Shown here piece after piece: positions 50,380-59,747 of a stretch of 64,000 bases of DNA; within the stretch, counting starts at the first letter, position 1, and the number at the start of each line of letters is the position of its first letter. The stretch is from Bythopirellula sp. GTDB lineage: Bacteria; Planctomycetota; Planctomycetia; Pirellulales; Lacipirellulaceae. The translations under genes were made by a program, and so were the position numbers. The notes beneath the pieces are model-generated. The model searched no databases and was not told the origin of the DNA. It worked only from the letters and a program-made list of their open reading frames with translations. The DNA lies in NCBI GenBank assembly GCA_965216565.1, contig OZ244170.1:1824001-1888000 (forward strand), written 5' to 3'.

Positions 50380-53300
50380 TTATTGGAGGTGAAAATCAGC
50401 AAACTCAGTAAAAACTTCGTCGGCAAACTCAACGAACGAATCTTCATCGTCCCCTGAATCTCTGTGCAGATCGCTCGTCTCAGGAGCGCTACGTTGTACC
50501 TGGTCTATTGTCGTCGTAGGACCACCTAGTTGCGTTCCAGTTTGCGTGTCTCGACCGGATTCAAGACCGGCAAAGGGAATCGAAGAGTCGACGTCTTGCG
50601 ACGCCCCCGAATCAGCACGAGCATTGAGTTCTTCGATCGTAATCTGGTGCGTGATTTTGCTAAACTGTGGACCCGTGACACTTGGTTGAGGCTCTGCCGT
50701 CAAAGCAGAGTGACCGGGTTGAGACTCATTCAGCGCACTCAAAACCTGCGGACCTGTGTAGTTAGTTTGCCACAGGAGGAAATCGAGTCCCGTTACCGCC
50801 CCGTTACCGTCAGCATCGCCATCTAAAACTGTGGCACCAGTGTCCGTATCGTAGTTCGATTCCCAAATGGCAAGATCGTCGCCATCCACGTCGGTATCCA
50901 GGTCGAAATCTCCCGCGGGTCCACCCGTATAGCGAACTCGGAAAATCCGAGATCCGGTAGCAGTTGGACCACTGGCACCAGATTCCTCATACAACTCGGT
51001 GAAATAAAGTCCGTCCGGGCCAGCACTCAGACCGACTACAGAACTGTGCCCTAGGCCGACGTACTCCACTAGCGTCGTGGGACCGCCAACAACATTTCCA
51101 GCGGCGTCGAACTCAAACTCCACAATCCGTTTGCCCAAAGTCTGTGCACCGGCGGCATAGGTTGGCCCAGATTCTGAAACAAAGGCATGATCCCACATAT
51201 GTTGGGGAAACTGGCTCCCGCTATGCGTCGACTGCTGTACGAAAGTGATATTTACGGGGGCGTGCGCTGGGTTCCAGTTATACGCTGCATTGGTGAACAT
51301 TGAACCGTTGCTGCCGTCCCATCCATAGCTAACGCCCGCATTGATTTGCGCGAGCCGATCAACACTCGGACCGTTTTCAACAGAATAATGCTTGCCGTCC
51401 GATTCTCGCCAAGCGCCACCAAACGGATTGCGCAATCCATAGGCAAACACATAGTCGCGTGCGTTAATGCCATCGCCAGCGTTATAGAAGGGGTTGTCTG
51501 TCGGCACGGAGCCATCCTTGTTCATTCGCAGAATCTTTCCGCGAAATTGGTCGAGGTCCAACGCCGTTGACGCATCGAAACCATCACCATTATGAACGTA
51601 CAGCTTGTCGTCTGGTCCAATCGTAATATTGGAAATCTGATGCGACTGGCCTTGGGTTTCGGGCTGCATGTTTAGCAAGACAGTCCGCGTATCCAGAGAT
51701 AGGCCGCCAGCAACGCTGTCAAGTCGTTCCACTTTGGGAAAATGCGAAGCTCCGCCCGGGGGCGAACCATTGTCCCACAGCATGCCGACATAGAGATGAT
51801 AGATGTCGGGATTCACGGAATCACGTTCAACAGTAATTCCCGTCAGCCCTTGCTCGCCAGAGCCAGAAATTGGCCCGGTGGGATTGTAATCTAAAAGCCC
51901 GGTGGCAAACTCGTGCTTGGTGCCGTCATTCGTAACGACCTGGATGGAACCGTAGAGTTCCGTCACATAGTAAAGCGGATCATTGGGATTCGTTCCCGGG
52001 TCAGGAACAAAGGCGATATTCACCGGCAAGCGGTAATCGCTACCAACTTCCTCGACTACGAAACCAGGCTGCGCCGCGAGATAGGGAACCGAAAGATCGG
52101 CAGCACGTGCGAGGGTGGAAAAGTCTGGCGTTGTTTGTCCGGACTGCCCAAAGTAAGTTGAGCCATCGACTGCCACCCAGAAGATCTTTGTCTCGCCGGC
52201 GGCCACACTCATGTTTGGCAGGAAGATTGTCTGCACTCGGCCATCATCATCAGTAAACGTCAAATCCGTGTTATCCAGCGTGAGGCCGGTAGACCCACCC
52301 GATATCGCTACCCGAACATCTACATGATTGCTGAGAGTCGACGGATTGGTGACCACATTTCCTGAGGCTTCGTCGCCTTCAATCGAGAGCAGCAAATCGC
52401 CACTGCCAGATTCAACACGCAACGAGGGTGCCGCAAGAGGAACCCCGGATTCTCCGAAAAACTGTATTTCGCCGATCTGCATCGAGTTAGCAGCGCCCGA
52501 ATCTTTGACACCCGTAAAAATCATTCGGTAAGAAGAATAGGCGGTGCTGTTGCCTACCGCGACGCTAGGACCGAGCGTGTCGCGAGCAGAAGGGAGCGAG
52601 ACGCCACCGGCGTCGATAAAAGTCCAATTCTCAGCCCCGCCGGTACTATTGTCTGTACTTGTAATGGGGTCGTTCGTACCAAACAACTGCCAAGTGGTCG
52701 GGTCGCGATCCTCTGCGTCGTTGGCAGTGGTAATTACAAAGCTCTTAACAATCGCTGAGCTATTGGGAGGCGTTACGATAAATCCGGAGTTGATTTTCCC
52801 AAAGTTCAGATACTTATCCAAAGATCCATCGATCGCGTTAGCAGGTGTTTCACCGACCGGGTAGCCGCTGTTCCCATCGGTATCTATCGCAATGATGGGA
52901 TTACCCGACGACAACAAAGCGGAAGTTCCACTTTGTTGGCCGTAAAACTGGATCTCTGCGAATTGCATCGAGTTGGCAGCGCCAGAGTTCTTTACGCCCG
53001 TGAATACCATTCTATAGGAGGTGTAGGCAGTGGAATTGGTAACCGAGACACCCGAGCCAAGCGTGTCGCGCGCCGAAGGAAGCGACAGCGCGCCCGAGTC
53101 GATCAATGTCCAATTTTCTCCCGAACCGTCACTATCGTCGGCACTAACGATTGCATCGTTCGTGCCAAACAATTGCCAGGCTGAAGGATCGCGCTCCTCA
53201 AAGTCATTGGCGGTAGTAATTTCAAAGCTCTCAACAATCGATGCTCCAACCAAGGGGGTCACGATGAAGCCCGAGTTGGCTTCCCCAAAGTTGAGGTACT

Positions 53301-54411
53301 TGTTTAACGTACCGTCGAGGGCATTCTGAGGCGACTCGCCACCCGGATAGGAACTATTGCCATCGGTATCGATGGCAATAATGGTATCGGCAGGCGAAAG
53401 GATAGAAGTAGCCGCTGGGAGTTCGATCGGCACGCCAACCAGTGTCTCCCAAGTTGGCGCAGGCGAAGAAAGAACATCTTCAATTTCTAAGGCAAACACA
53501 CTCGAGGCGGCGCCTGTCTGAAATAGCTGTGTGGCATAGCCACTTACAGAACCCGCATCGTCACGAAACCGTACACGAAGTTCGTAATCAGTATTCTCAG
53601 TCAGAATTGATTGGCCGGCCTGGGAGTTGAGAAAGATGCCATCGCCCAAGTGCGTGTGCAATCGCTCAACTCCTTCGATTCCCAGTGTTTGCCAAACTGG
53701 CTCTGCGCCTCCGCCAACCGTCCAGATCTCCCAGTCCGAAGATTTATGCAAGTCTCCGTCCGTGTCCGAGAACCCGACAGCTTCCATGTGAACATCCGCC
53801 GGATTCACGACCTGCCCAGGGGATGAAGGTTCAGTGACAACCGGAGTATTCGGCGAATTATTCGGGCCACTGGGCACTCCGACGACATGAATGTAATTGA
53901 TTCTCGTGTCGAGATTTGCTGCAGCCCCTGCGTCAAGAGTGAGAAGCCCGTTAACAACGGTGACTTGGTTCGTAGCAACCATTGCGCTGCCCGTATCGGC
54001 AACAGCGTTGAAGAAGCTCGTACCCTGCACGTTAATCGTGTGTATGCCATCGTTGTTGCCGGGATCGCCGACGGCGACAGTCACTTCGTAGGAACCGTTG
54101 GCAAGCTGGAATTCCCAGTCTTGGCCCGATTCTATCATGATCAAAGTATCGAACCGCTGATCGGGCTCTGCGCTACGTTCTACTGTTCGGTCCGAATGAT
54201 CACTCGACCAACCGTAGGTCAATCCATTCCCACGCGGTCCGAAGAGTTCTCCGATATCTCTTTCATATCCTGTTGGAATTGTAGCTTCATCATTTTGGAA
54301 GTTGATGAGATACGTATCCCCCGCCAACAAGACACGCGGTTCCAGCAGCTCAAGCTGAAGACGTGTCTTCAGCTTTTCACCATGATCTTTGCGATTGAAA
54401 CTAAAATTCAT
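50380..54411 (-). CDS. LEPR-xLL extracellular protein: CBM-like domain, two discoidin-like repeats, PQQ-type (GSDH) sugar dehydrogenase propeller and dockerin-like module
   Basis: LELLEPRVLLA; GEQGLTGI, SHQI, LYVHNGDG, GKILRMNKDGSVPTDNPF, AYGLRNPFG, ENGP and YGW. No PEP-CTERM. Confidence 0.87.
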   Translation of the reverse strand: MNFSFNRKDHGEKLKTRLQLELLEPRVLLAGDTYLINFQNDEATIPTGYERDIGELFGPRGNGLTYGWSSDHSDRTVERSAEPDQRFDTLIMIESGQDWEFQLANGSYEVTVAVGDPGNNDGIHTINVQGTSFFNAVADTGSAMVATNQVTVVNGLLTLDAGAAANLDTRINYIHVVGVPSGPNNSPNTPVVTEPSSPGQVVNPADVHMEAVGFSDTDGDLHKSSDWEIWTVGGGAEPVWQTLGIEGVERLHTHLGDGIFLNSQAGQSILTENTDYELRVRFRDDAGSVSGYATQLFQTGAASSVFALEIEDVLSSPAPTWETLVGVPIELPAATSILSPADTIIAIDTDGNSSYPGGESPQNALDGTLNKYLNFGEANSGFIVTPLVGASIVESFEITTANDFEERDPSAWQLFGTNDAIVSADDSDGSGENWTLIDSGALSLPSARDTLGSGVSVTNSTAYTSYRMVFTGVKNSGAANSMQFAEIQFYGQQSGTSALLSSGNPIIAIDTDGNSGYPVGETPANAIDGSLDKYLNFGKINSGFIVTPPNSSAIVKSFVITTANDAEDRDPTTWQLFGTNDPITSTDNSTGGAENWTFIDAGGVSLPSARDTLGPSVAVGNSTAYSSYRMIFTGVKDSGAANSMQIGEIQFFGESGVPLAAPSLRVESGSGDLLLSIEGDEASGNVVTNPSTLSNHVDVRVAISGGSTGLTLDNTDLTFTDDDGRVQTIFLPNMSVAAGETKIFWVAVDGSTYFGQSGQTTPDFSTLARAADLSVPYLAAQPGFVVEEVGSDYRLPVNIAFVPDPGTNPNDPLYYVTELYGSIQVVTNDGTKHEFATGLLDYNPTGPISGSGEQGLTGITVERDSVNPDIYHLYVGMLWDNGSPPGGASHFPKVERLDSVAGGLSLDTRTVLLNMQPETQGQSHQISNITIGPDDKLYVHNGDGFDASTALDLDQFRGKILRMNKDGSVPTDNPFYNAGDGINARDYVFAYGLRNPFGGAWRESDGKHYSVENGPSVDRLAQINAGVSYGWDGSNGSMFTNAAYNWNPAHAPVNITFVQQSTHSGSQFPQHMWDHAFVSESGPTYAAGAQTLGKRIVEFEFDAAGNVVGGPTTLVEYVGLGHSSVVGLSAGPDGLYFTELYEESGASGPTATGSRIFRVRYTGGPAGDFDLDTDVDGDDLAIWESNYDTDTGATVLDGDADGNGAVTGLDFLLWQTNYTGPQVLSALNESQPGHSALTAEPQPSVTGPQFSKITHQITIEELNARADSGASQDVDSSIPFAGLESGRDTQTGTQLGGPTTTIDQVQRSAPETSDLHRDSGDDEDSFVEFADEVFTEFADFHLQ

Positions 54412-54503
54412 GGTGCATTTTCTCTAGATGTAGGTCCGAACTGGTTCTTACGAATTCAGGCAGTATGATTACTTTGCATTAATTGAAGTGTTACTGTTCT
54501 ATT

Positions 54504-54950
54504 CTACTTGGCAGCTACAGGAACCAGCTCTAGAAACTGAGTTTGATTTACCTTTTGGATTCTTCCCAAACTGAAACCAACCTGACGCATGCCGTCAGTT
54601 GGTTCTTTCTCGTAGGCGACAACATCGGGCGACACGCCTTTCGGGCGAGGGCCATAGATCACAACTAAAGGTTGACCACTTCTTTCAGAGACAAACAAAT
54701 CTTCAACCGAGGCGACTTCACTATGCTCAAGAGTTTGTTGGCATTTCTGCTGGATAAATTCTTGAAATTCCTCTTGATTCTTGGGGGCGCGACCAAGCTC
54801 CGAAGTTGCATAGTTATGAAGTGAAATCAACAACCTGAGATGAGATGTCTGCGTTTCACGGCCACCGCTAGTCTTAGCCGCATCGCAGCCTAAAGGGAGA
54901 ACTATTAGTAGCACTAAGAAGCAGAAGCGATAAGGTATTTGGCAAGTCAT
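54504..54950 (-). CDS. Small lipoprotein, DUF1559 partner
   Basis: Lipobox PLGC; GRAPKN..F, LFVSERSGQP and VVAYE. Immediately follows DUF1559. Confidence 0.8.
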   Translation of the reverse strand: MTCQIPYRFCFLVLLIVLPLGCDAAKTSGGRETQTSHLRLLISLHNYATSELGRAPKNQEEFQEFIQQKCQQTLEHSEVASVEDLFVSERSGQPLVVIYGPRPKGVSPDVVAYEKEPTDGMRQVGFSLGRIQKVNQTQFLELVPVAAK

Positions 54951-54953
54951 TGA

Positions 54954-56141
54954 CTAAAGTGACCCCATATCAACAACTCTCCCGTCAGTCCGGTGCCCTA
55001 GTGTATTGAACAGTTCTAGATCAATCTCATAGCTAATCGGGCGTACCGAGCCATCAGCAAATCCAGAGTTCATGATGGCACTATGAGCCGAGCCGAACCG
55101 ATACGCAGCCAGTTCACTTCCGTCATCTTCATCGGGGCCGATTTGACAGACCGTAGAGCGTAGGCCATCGAAATCCCAACCTCCCGACCACCCCCTGTCA
55201 TCGTGCCAATCTCCAACATCGTAAAGACTTGGCTGGAGGCGTTTTTCACCAATCACTAACGTATTACTTGAACCGTCAGTAATTTGTGCGAAAGATATTT
55301 TTTCGTAAAAGCCAGTGACCATCGTCTCGCCGTCGGATGGACAATTCACGCACAGATCACTGCGGACAATGACTCCCCAAAACCCGTAGTAAGTTGGGCC
55401 CAGAGAATCGACGGTAGACATGGTATCTTCGTGTGTTGGGCCGTTACTGAATGCGCCCCAAAAAGTCTTGGATGAGCATCCAGTGGTATCGCCGAACGAA
55501 GGATTGAAATTAAAGAACGGATTGGCAACGTTGTTCGGTATACCGTACTGCTCGCCAGACCGAAAAGGTACCGCAGCAGCGTAATCCATCAAATAGGGGC
55601 TGCCGTTGGTCTCTGGAATAGTTCCCGCCCATCGCGTGGGTCCTCTTCTAGAAGGACAGTTGAACATCGGATTGTTCGCGTTATCCAACTCAGCCTGAGT
55701 CTTAATGTTGTAGACGTTTCCACCTTCAAGATAGGGCAAGATTTGAAACGCCCATCCCAAGCCCTGCTTCTTAGGCCCATAGGGCGATCCACCTGGGCCG
55801 TTCAGATAGTCTTCGAGATTTGGCCACGGCACGACACCGCCACTGGGGAAAGCGCTCCTGGCAGATTCATGGTTGTGCATCGAAAGCATAATTTGCTTGA
55901 CGTTGTTAGCACAACTCGAACGTCGCGCAGCTTCCCGAGCCGCCTGCACGGCTGGAAGCAGAAGTGCGACTAAGACTCCAATAATGGCTATAACGACCAG
56001 GAGTTCGACCAACGTAAAACCAGCCCGCTGCTGAGAGAAAGAAGAAGACGAACGATTGGAGTGTCGTCTCCCAGTTCTTCGACTGCGACCAGAACATGTT
56101 GCCGAAGGCTTTTGCAACTCGTATTGAATCCTGTCAATCAT
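54954..56141 (-). CDS. DUF1559 prepilin-type protein
   Basis: [53 protein letters not shown] and FGSAH..FADGS. The start is uncertain; ATG 56141 was chosen. Confidence 0.94.
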   Translation of the reverse strand: MIDRIQYELQKPSATCSGRSRRTGRRHSNRSSSSFSQQRAGFTLVELLVVIAIIGVLVALLLPAVQAAREAARRSSCANNVKQIMLSMHNHESARSAFPSGGVVPWPNLEDYLNGPGGSPYGPKKQGLGWAFQILPYLEGGNVYNIKTQAELDNANNPMFNCPSRRGPTRWAGTIPETNGSPYLMDYAAAVPFRSGEQYGIPNNVANPFFNFNPSFGDTTGCSSKTFWGAFSNGPTHEDTMSTVDSLGPTYYGFWGVIVRSDLCVNCPSDGETMVTGFYEKISFAQITDGSSNTLVIGEKRLQPSLYDVGDWHDDRGWSGGWDFDGLRSTVCQIGPDEDDGSELAAYRFGSAHSAIMNSGFADGSVRPISYEIDLELFNTLGHRTDGRVVDMGSL

Positions 56142-56174
56142 TCTCTGTCCTTTTGATGCCTTGTACACTCTCGC

Positions 56175-56208
56175 CACACGCGCCCTTTGCGATGAAAAGG
56201 CGCGTGTG
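56175..56208 (-). terminator. Intergenic stem-loop before DUF1559
   Basis: CACACGCGCC and GGCGCGTGTG form a perfect 10-bp stem. Confidence 0.6.
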
Positions 56209-56278
56209 ACCAAAGCGATATCTTTTGAGTACCAGCAAGAGATCCTGCTCATCTCAAAAGATGATAAAGCCGCGGCAC

Positions 56279-58150
56279 TCAGCCCCTAGAGACGCGGCGT
56301 CTTGAACTTGCAAAGGCTCCCAGCAATCCAACCAGTGTCAGAACAGCGGCAGAGGGCTCGGGAACAGAACTAACAGCAGCAGTGATTGGGGCACTACCGT
56401 ATTGGGTTTCCCAAACTGCCAAGTCTGCGGAGTCAATGACACCATCACCATTGGCATCGCCATTGCTGTTGTCCGTTTGACCTGCCAACCCGAATCCTGT
56501 TTGGAAAATCAGGAAATCCAGGCCATCGACGATACCGTTACCATCGAAGTCTGCATTGTCTGTAGCAGTGCCAAAGAAATCGACTTGAGCAAACTGCATC
56601 GAGTTTGCTGCTCCCGAATCACGCAATGTGGGGAAAATCATTCGGTAAGACGAGTAAGCAGTGGAATTGTTAACAGAAACCAATGCACCTGTCGTATGAC
56701 GAGCCAGAGGAATCTCAGCGTTATTCGGATCGAACGTGCCTGAATCGATCAGCACCCAATTCTCTTGATCACCCTGGCTATTGGATTCACTAGTAATTGG
56801 ATCGTTCGTACCGTAGATCTCCCACGAGGCGGGATCACGCGGTGGTTCGTCCCCACCCGTAGTAATCTGGAACTCGTCGAGGATCGTACTACCAGCTGAA
56901 GGCGTGACAATAAAACCACTATTCTCTTTGCCAAAGTTCAGGTAGGTCGTCTGAGTACCCGGTTGTGCATCGGGATCGACTGCTAGTACGGGATCTCCCG
57001 GAGACAGAATGTTAAGTCCGGAGCCGTTGGGATCCAGGAAGAACGCAGCCTCAGCGATCTGCATAAGCGGATCGTTAATGATCTTCAGTTCGGGGAACAG
57101 CATCTTGTAGGAGCTGTAGCTGGTTGCATTAGTAACTGGAATAACTGGGCCAGGAGTATCTCTACCTGCCGGCATGTTGACGTCACCAAAGTCAACTAGT
57201 GTCCAATTCTCGGAAGTTCCGAAGCTGTTGTTGCCACTGGTAATTGGGTCGTTGGTTCCAAATAGCTGCCATTTGGCGGGATCACGACCTTCGGCGTCGT
57301 TGGCAGTAGTCAGCTGGAAGCTTTGTACCTGCGCGGAGCCAAAAGATGGGGTAACGATAAATCCAGAGTTAGTACCTCCGAAATTCAAATACTTGGCAAG
57401 GGTACCATCAACCACGTTTTCAGGACCTTCGCCACCAGGTGAACCACTTTGTGAGCCACCGAAAGCATCGATCGCGATTTCAGCAGTCTGTCCACCGGGG
57501 CTACTGGAAGAAGGCTGAGTATCCAGCCCGATGGCTACCACAGGATTGGCAATATTGAAAACAGTCGAACCGGTCCCATCATTAGATGTGAATAGCTCAA
57601 AGTCGCCAATCTGCATGGAGTCTGAGTTCGCGGCATCGCGGACCGTCGGAAAAACGACGCGATAAGAGTTGTAGGCGGTGGCATTTGCAAAACTCTGCAC
57701 GGGCCCTGCAGAAAATCGGTTGGGATCGGTATCGAGCCCTGTTACGCCGGAACTAATTAGCGACCAATTCTCTTGATCTCCAAAGCTGTCGTTGCCGCTT
57801 GTGACTGTATCATTTGTCCCGTAGAGCTCATAGGTCAAAGGATCGCGGTTAGGTTCGTCATTCGCAGTTGTAATCCGAAGGCTCTGAACAGTTGTAGAAG
57901 GGGTAAACGGCGTAGCAATGAACCCCGTGTTTAGCTGCCCAAAGTTGAGGTACTTCGTGCCTGGATTCAAATCCAATGCGTTTACAGCACCCTCGCCCCC
58001 GGGGGAATTACTGTTCGACATCGTTCCGGGGTCGGTATCGATGGCAATTATAAAGTCGTTTGCATCAAGTAGCGATATCGCCAAGCCTGTGCTTGGCAGC
58101 AGCATAGCCACACAACTTGCGGCAAATGCCAGTGTTGCTGAAGTTTTCAT
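56279..58150 (-). CDS. PEP-CTERM protein with three discoidin-like repeats (one nested) and dockerin-like module
   Basis: Two KYLNFG and one TYLNFG; ADFDGNG; VPEPS tail. Confidence 0.88.
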   Translation of the reverse strand: MKTSATLAFAASCVAMLLPSTGLAISLLDANDFIIAIDTDPGTMSNSNSPGGEGAVNALDLNPGTKYLNFGQLNTGFIATPFTPSTTVQSLRITTANDEPNRDPLTYELYGTNDTVTSGNDSFGDQENWSLISSGVTGLDTDPNRFSAGPVQSFANATAYNSYRVVFPTVRDAANSDSMQIGDFELFTSNDGTGSTVFNIANPVVAIGLDTQPSSSSPGGQTAEIAIDAFGGSQSGSPGGEGPENVVDGTLAKYLNFGGTNSGFIVTPSFGSAQVQSFQLTTANDAEGRDPAKWQLFGTNDPITSGNNSFGTSENWTLVDFGDVNMPAGRDTPGPVIPVTNATSYSSYKMLFPELKIINDPLMQIAEAAFFLDPNGSGLNILSPGDPVLAVDPDAQPGTQTTYLNFGKENSGFIVTPSAGSTILDEFQITTGGDEPPRDPASWEIYGTNDPITSESNSQGDQENWVLIDSGTFDPNNAEIPLARHTTGALVSVNNSTAYSSYRMIFPTLRDSGAANSMQFAQVDFFGTATDNADFDGNGIVDGLDFLIFQTGFGLAGQTDNSNGDANGDGVIDSADLAVWETQYGSAPITAAVSSVPEPSAAVLTLVGLLGAFASSRRRVSRG

Positions 58151-58233
58151 CTTCAATGTCTCCGAGACGCCAGAGAAAAGTTAAGTAAGAGGTTGAAAGC
58201 AGTAACTCGCTACTTACTTTTCAACAAACAATA

Positions 58234-58278
58234 AGTGCAGAAGGCCCCCAGGAACGTCCCCGGAGGGCCGCCTGCACT
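58234..58278 (-). terminator. Long intergenic stem-loop after the first PEP-CTERM gene of the alpha-mannoside locus
   Basis: Minus-strand AGTGCAG-GC-GGCCCTCCGGGGA..TCCTGGGGGCC-TT-CTGCACT. Confidence 0.65.
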
Positions 58279-58318
58279 CTTTTTACCGAAGTTAACAGAT
58301 TTCAACGAAGTCGGGAAA

Positions 58319-59452
58319 TTACTTCCGGCGTCGCAAACCTGCAGTCAAGCCAATCAGTGCTAGTACCAAGCTCGTTGGCTCAGGAACTACTGAACCTTCA
58401 AACAGCACTTCACCAATTTGGATCTCTCCAATACCAGCGGACTGCCGCTGGGTTGGGAACACTAGTCGGTAAGCACCGTAGGCCGTCGAATTAGCAACAG
58501 CCTGAGCGGCTCCAGTTGCTTCGCGACCGGGATCGGTGTCAAATCCAGTGATGCCAGAATCGACCAATGTCCAATTCTCACCTGCGCCAACGCTATTGTC
58601 CAAGCTGGAAATCGGATCGTCGGTGCCGTAAAGGTCCCAAGTCAGAGGATCACGTTCAGGGACGTCATTACCAGTAGTAAAGGTCAAGGAATCAACAACG
58701 GTAGCCAGCCCATCGGCTCGCTTAATGATGACGCCGGAAAACTCTTTAGCAAAGTTCAAGTACTTAGCTCCGCTCGTGCCATCGACAATGTTTGATGGGT
58801 TATCCGAACCGGGATAGTTACTTTGGCCACCGAAGTCATCAATCTCAATTGCTGCGTCGCCACCAGCCAAAATCTGAGAGCCTGAACCGCCAGCACCGGT
58901 GAACAGGCTGAGGTCTGCAACTTGCATGCAGCAATCGAATGCGTTCTTAATTGTTGGGAATGAAATCTTGTAAGAAGTATAAGCCGTACCATTGGCAAAA
59001 TCCTGAATGGTTCCTGGTGTGAAGCGAGCACCAACGCCCGCCAATCCAGAGTCGCCTGTGCTAATAAGTGACCAGTTTTCTGCATCGCCAAAGCTATTAG
59101 ATGTACTAGTGATGGCATCGTTCGTGCCATAGAGACGGTAAGAAAGGGGATCGCGGCCGTCTGCATCATTAGCCGTTGTAAGCTGAAGACTCTGAACAAT
59201 CGACGAGCCAAAAGCCGGTGTAATGATGGCTCCCGTGTGTTGTTTGCCAAAGTTCAAATATTTGGTAGCGCTGTTTTGATCGGTAAGTTGACTAGCGGCT
59301 TCGCCAGCACCAGGAATGCCACTATCGGGTCCCGAGTCGAGATCGACAGCTAGAATGATGTCGCTGCTGTTAAACAAGTTCTGCGCGGAAGCAACTGTGC
59401 TGAACTGAATCAAGCAAGCTACCGCCAATACTGTTGTCATAGTCTTCTTCAT
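58319..59452 (-). CDS. PEP-CTERM protein made of two discoidin-like repeats
   Basis: Signal peptide, two KYLNF repeats and VPEPT tail. Strong GGAGG RBS. Confidence 0.88.
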   Translation of the reverse strand: MKKTMTTVLAVACLIQFSTVASAQNLFNSSDIILAVDLDSGPDSGIPGAGEAASQLTDQNSATKYLNFGKQHTGAIITPAFGSSIVQSLQLTTANDADGRDPLSYRLYGTNDAITSTSNSFGDAENWSLISTGDSGLAGVGARFTPGTIQDFANGTAYTSYKISFPTIKNAFDCCMQVADLSLFTGAGGSGSQILAGGDAAIEIDDFGGQSNYPGSDNPSNIVDGTSGAKYLNFAKEFSGVIIKRADGLATVVDSLTFTTGNDVPERDPLTWDLYGTDDPISSLDNSVGAGENWTLVDSGITGFDTDPGREATGAAQAVANSTAYGAYRLVFPTQRQSAGIGEIQIGEVLFEGSVVPEPTSLVLALIGLTAGLRRRK

Positions 59453-59747
59453 TAGTACTAACCCTCCAAGGAAAAGAAAAAAGAGTTTGGATACTCACTT
59501 AGGAGTTTCAAAACGATGTACTTCCAGATGAATTCTGATCAGTAGCCCAGAAAAAAAGCACCTTTTGGGCGTCTTGATCGCAGTTTAACACATCACTACG
59601 AGATTAGTTGTGTTAATTGGTTGAATAATGTACAAAAGTTGTAGTATCATATTAGTTGTGAGAGATGCAGTTCACCCTTAGTCCATGGTTACAAGGCAAA
59701 TGGGAAATCTCGATTCAGAAGCTCGATTTGATAGGGCGAGTAGTAAT

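Noticed and set aside
30930..59452. The alpha-mannoside locus as an island integrated at tRNA-Met
   Set aside because: It is adjacent to the tRNA 3' end, but I found no integrase, no duplicated tRNA end and no obvious compositional shift.
34964..59452. The repeats as a CRISPR array or diversity-generating retroelement
   Set aside because: They are ~500-nt protein-coding units diverged at synonymous sites. There are no identical short repeats, cas genes or reverse transcriptase.
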